Assembly (NCBI RefSeq): GCF_018977255.1
Contig: NW_024704742.1
Coordinates: 36,706,001-36,770,000 of the forward strand
Direction: 5' to 3'
Source: Callorhinchus milii
Lineage: Eukaryota
Length of the DNA: 64,000 nt
The translations under genes and the position numbers were made by a program. Below the pieces are notes generated by a model that saw nothing but the letters and a program-made list of their open reading frames with translations, did not search any database and was not told where the DNA came from. How positions within the stretch are numbered: the first letter of the stretch is position 1; each line of letters starts with the position of its first letter. Below, in pieces: positions 62,061-64,000 of this stretch.

Positions 62061-62676
62061 TGTGCTTTCAATTATCTTTCACAATAAATCTTGTGAAGCG
62101 CTTTGAGACATCCTCCTGATATAAAAGACGCTCTGTAGATTGTAAGGATTATTTTTTGTAGTACTGTGTTACTGTACTGACTCTCTGTGTACAAATATAC
62201 AAATTTGTATTGAATCATTTGATTAATTACCTCCTCTCTAAGATATGCTCTTAAGACCACTCTTCCAGGTATAATACTTTTACCTCAGATCGTAAAATCT
62301 ATCTCCTTCTCAGAGCATGAGCAATCTCAGTACATGAAAATTGATAAATATCATTTGAGTTTTTATATTTCATACATTTCCTCTTGGCGGTTTTTCAAAT
62401 AGAATCATAAATTCTGTGTATCTACTGAATGGTTGGTGATGAAGAGTGCTTGGTGACTGACTTCAGTATTCATTCCAAGAGTAACACCCTGTCGAATGGC
62501 TAATGAATGGGTTTAAAGCCAGAGTTACTGTGGATCTAGTTCCTATACCGGTACATTGAGTTGGCCTAGCTTTGAAATCCTCTGAGAGTTCTCATTTTTC
62601 AGGAGCTTGTATTTGTCAGGAGTTTAAGAGTACATTAGCTTGATTAAGTGGGTCTCCAGAATGCTGCAGAACTTCC

Positions 62677-64000
62677 ATGGATGACCCCCAACTCTATCCC
62701 TCTGCCTCCACCCTTGATTCCAAGACCACTGCTGTCCTGACCAATAGCCTGTCAGACATCAAGTCCTGGATGACAGCTTTCTCAAATTGAATGTCGACAA
62801 GGCACAGGCTCTCCTGCTTGGCTCTCGTCAGCACCTCTTACTTCAGCCGCTGACGGCATCAATCTATGCCGATGCACACTCCACCTCGCGGAGCCAGTGC
62901 AGAACCTCAGTGTGTTCTTCGACTCTCAGCTGTCCATTAAACCCCATGCATGTTCAGGTTTCCCTCTCCTCCATAACATTTCCCACCTCTGCCACGACCT
63001 CTTGGGCCAATGAGATCCTTGTCCATGATTTCATCACATGTACAGCAACAACAACAAAATTACATTTGTATAGCACCTTTCACATCGGGAGGACTTCCCA
63101 AGGTGCTGAACAGTCAGTGTTTTGGACCCGAGCTGGGGCTTGGGATTGGGGAGGGTGGAGAGCGGGGGCTGGAAGGAGGGTGATCGAAAGCACGGTCGAA
63201 GAAGAGGGTCTTGAGATGGGTCTTGAAGGAGGCAAGGAAGGGGATGAGGCAGAGGGACTGTGGGATAGAGTTCCAGAGGGTGGGGGCAGAGTAGCAAAAG
63301 ACCCGCCCGCCAATAGTGGGGTGGGCGAGGTGGGAGACATGAAGCAGGCCAGAGCCCGCTGAGCGGAAATAGCGGACAGGCTGGTGGGGGTTAGGAGGTC
63401 ACAGAGGTGGGGGGAGGCAAGGCCATGGAGGGCTTTGAAAGCGAGGACCAGGATCCTGAACTGTATCCTCTGTGTGATGGGAAGCCAGTGGAGTCGGGCG
63501 AGGATGGGGGTGATAGGGTCACGCAGCCTAGAGCGGGAGAGGACACGGGCTGTGGAGTTCTAGATGATCTGCAGCCAATGGAGGGAGCAGTTGGGGAGGC
63601 CGACAAGCAGGGAGTTTGCATAGTCAAGCCTCAATGTTACGAATGCATGTATGAGGATTTCGGCTGCCTGCGGTGTGAGACAGTGGGGGAGCTGGGCGAT
63701 GTTACGGAGGTGGGGAAAGGCAGAGCGGGTCATGACATGGATTACATGTAGGTAGGATTACACCAACTCTCTGCTCGCTGGACTTCCTAACTCTTCCCTC
63801 CACAAGCTGTAGACCGTCCGGAACTCTGCAGCTCATGTCTGATCCCACACTAAGCTCTGTGAGACTATCACCCCCATCCTCATCCAGCTCCATTGGCTCC
63901 CCATGCCTCCAGAGGATTCAGTTCAAGATGCTCAGCCTAATTTTTAAATCCCTCCATGATCTTGCACCACCTTACCTCTGTCACCTTCTTAATCCCTACC
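62677..64000 (+). mobile_element. Old L2 (+) interrupted by an L2 (-); runs off the window end
   Basis: DD.QLY...DIKSWM region at 62677-63042 resumes at 63751 ([11 protein letters not shown]). Confidence 0.85.
63043..63743 (-). mobile_element. Nested L2 3' fragment
   Basis: (AAC)n tail; TSD ACATGTA at 63036-63042 and 63744-63750. Confidence 0.9.

Overview
This is eukaryotic, repeat-rich intronic or intergenic DNA, not prokaryotic. The repeat set is L2-clade LINEs with (GTT)n tails, a young tRNA-Ala-derived SINE with an L2-type tail, older Deu-domain SINEs and CR1 fragments. That points to a cartilaginous fish, probably a holocephalan such as Callorhinchus; this is an inference from repeat content only. 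I recognise no intact protein-coding gene, RNA gene or CRISPR array, and almost every long ORF in the track is a LINE or SINE fragment. The only recognisable host-gene sequence is a ~115-bp internal, apparently spliced EIF4A3 fragment flanked by a 9-bp direct repeat. Other notable items: a ~1-kb nested fold-back/MITE structure (6.3-7.3 kb), an unclassified structured repeat family (3-4 copies), a second inverted-repeat pair 1.3 kb apart, two near-perfect 18-20-bp hairpins, covarying LINE/SINE 3' stem-loops, and several unassigned exon candidates (best: an in-frame pair at 39.7-40.7 kb). I found no evidence of a complete novel multi-gene system. Boundaries of old repeats are approximate (about 10-30 bp).
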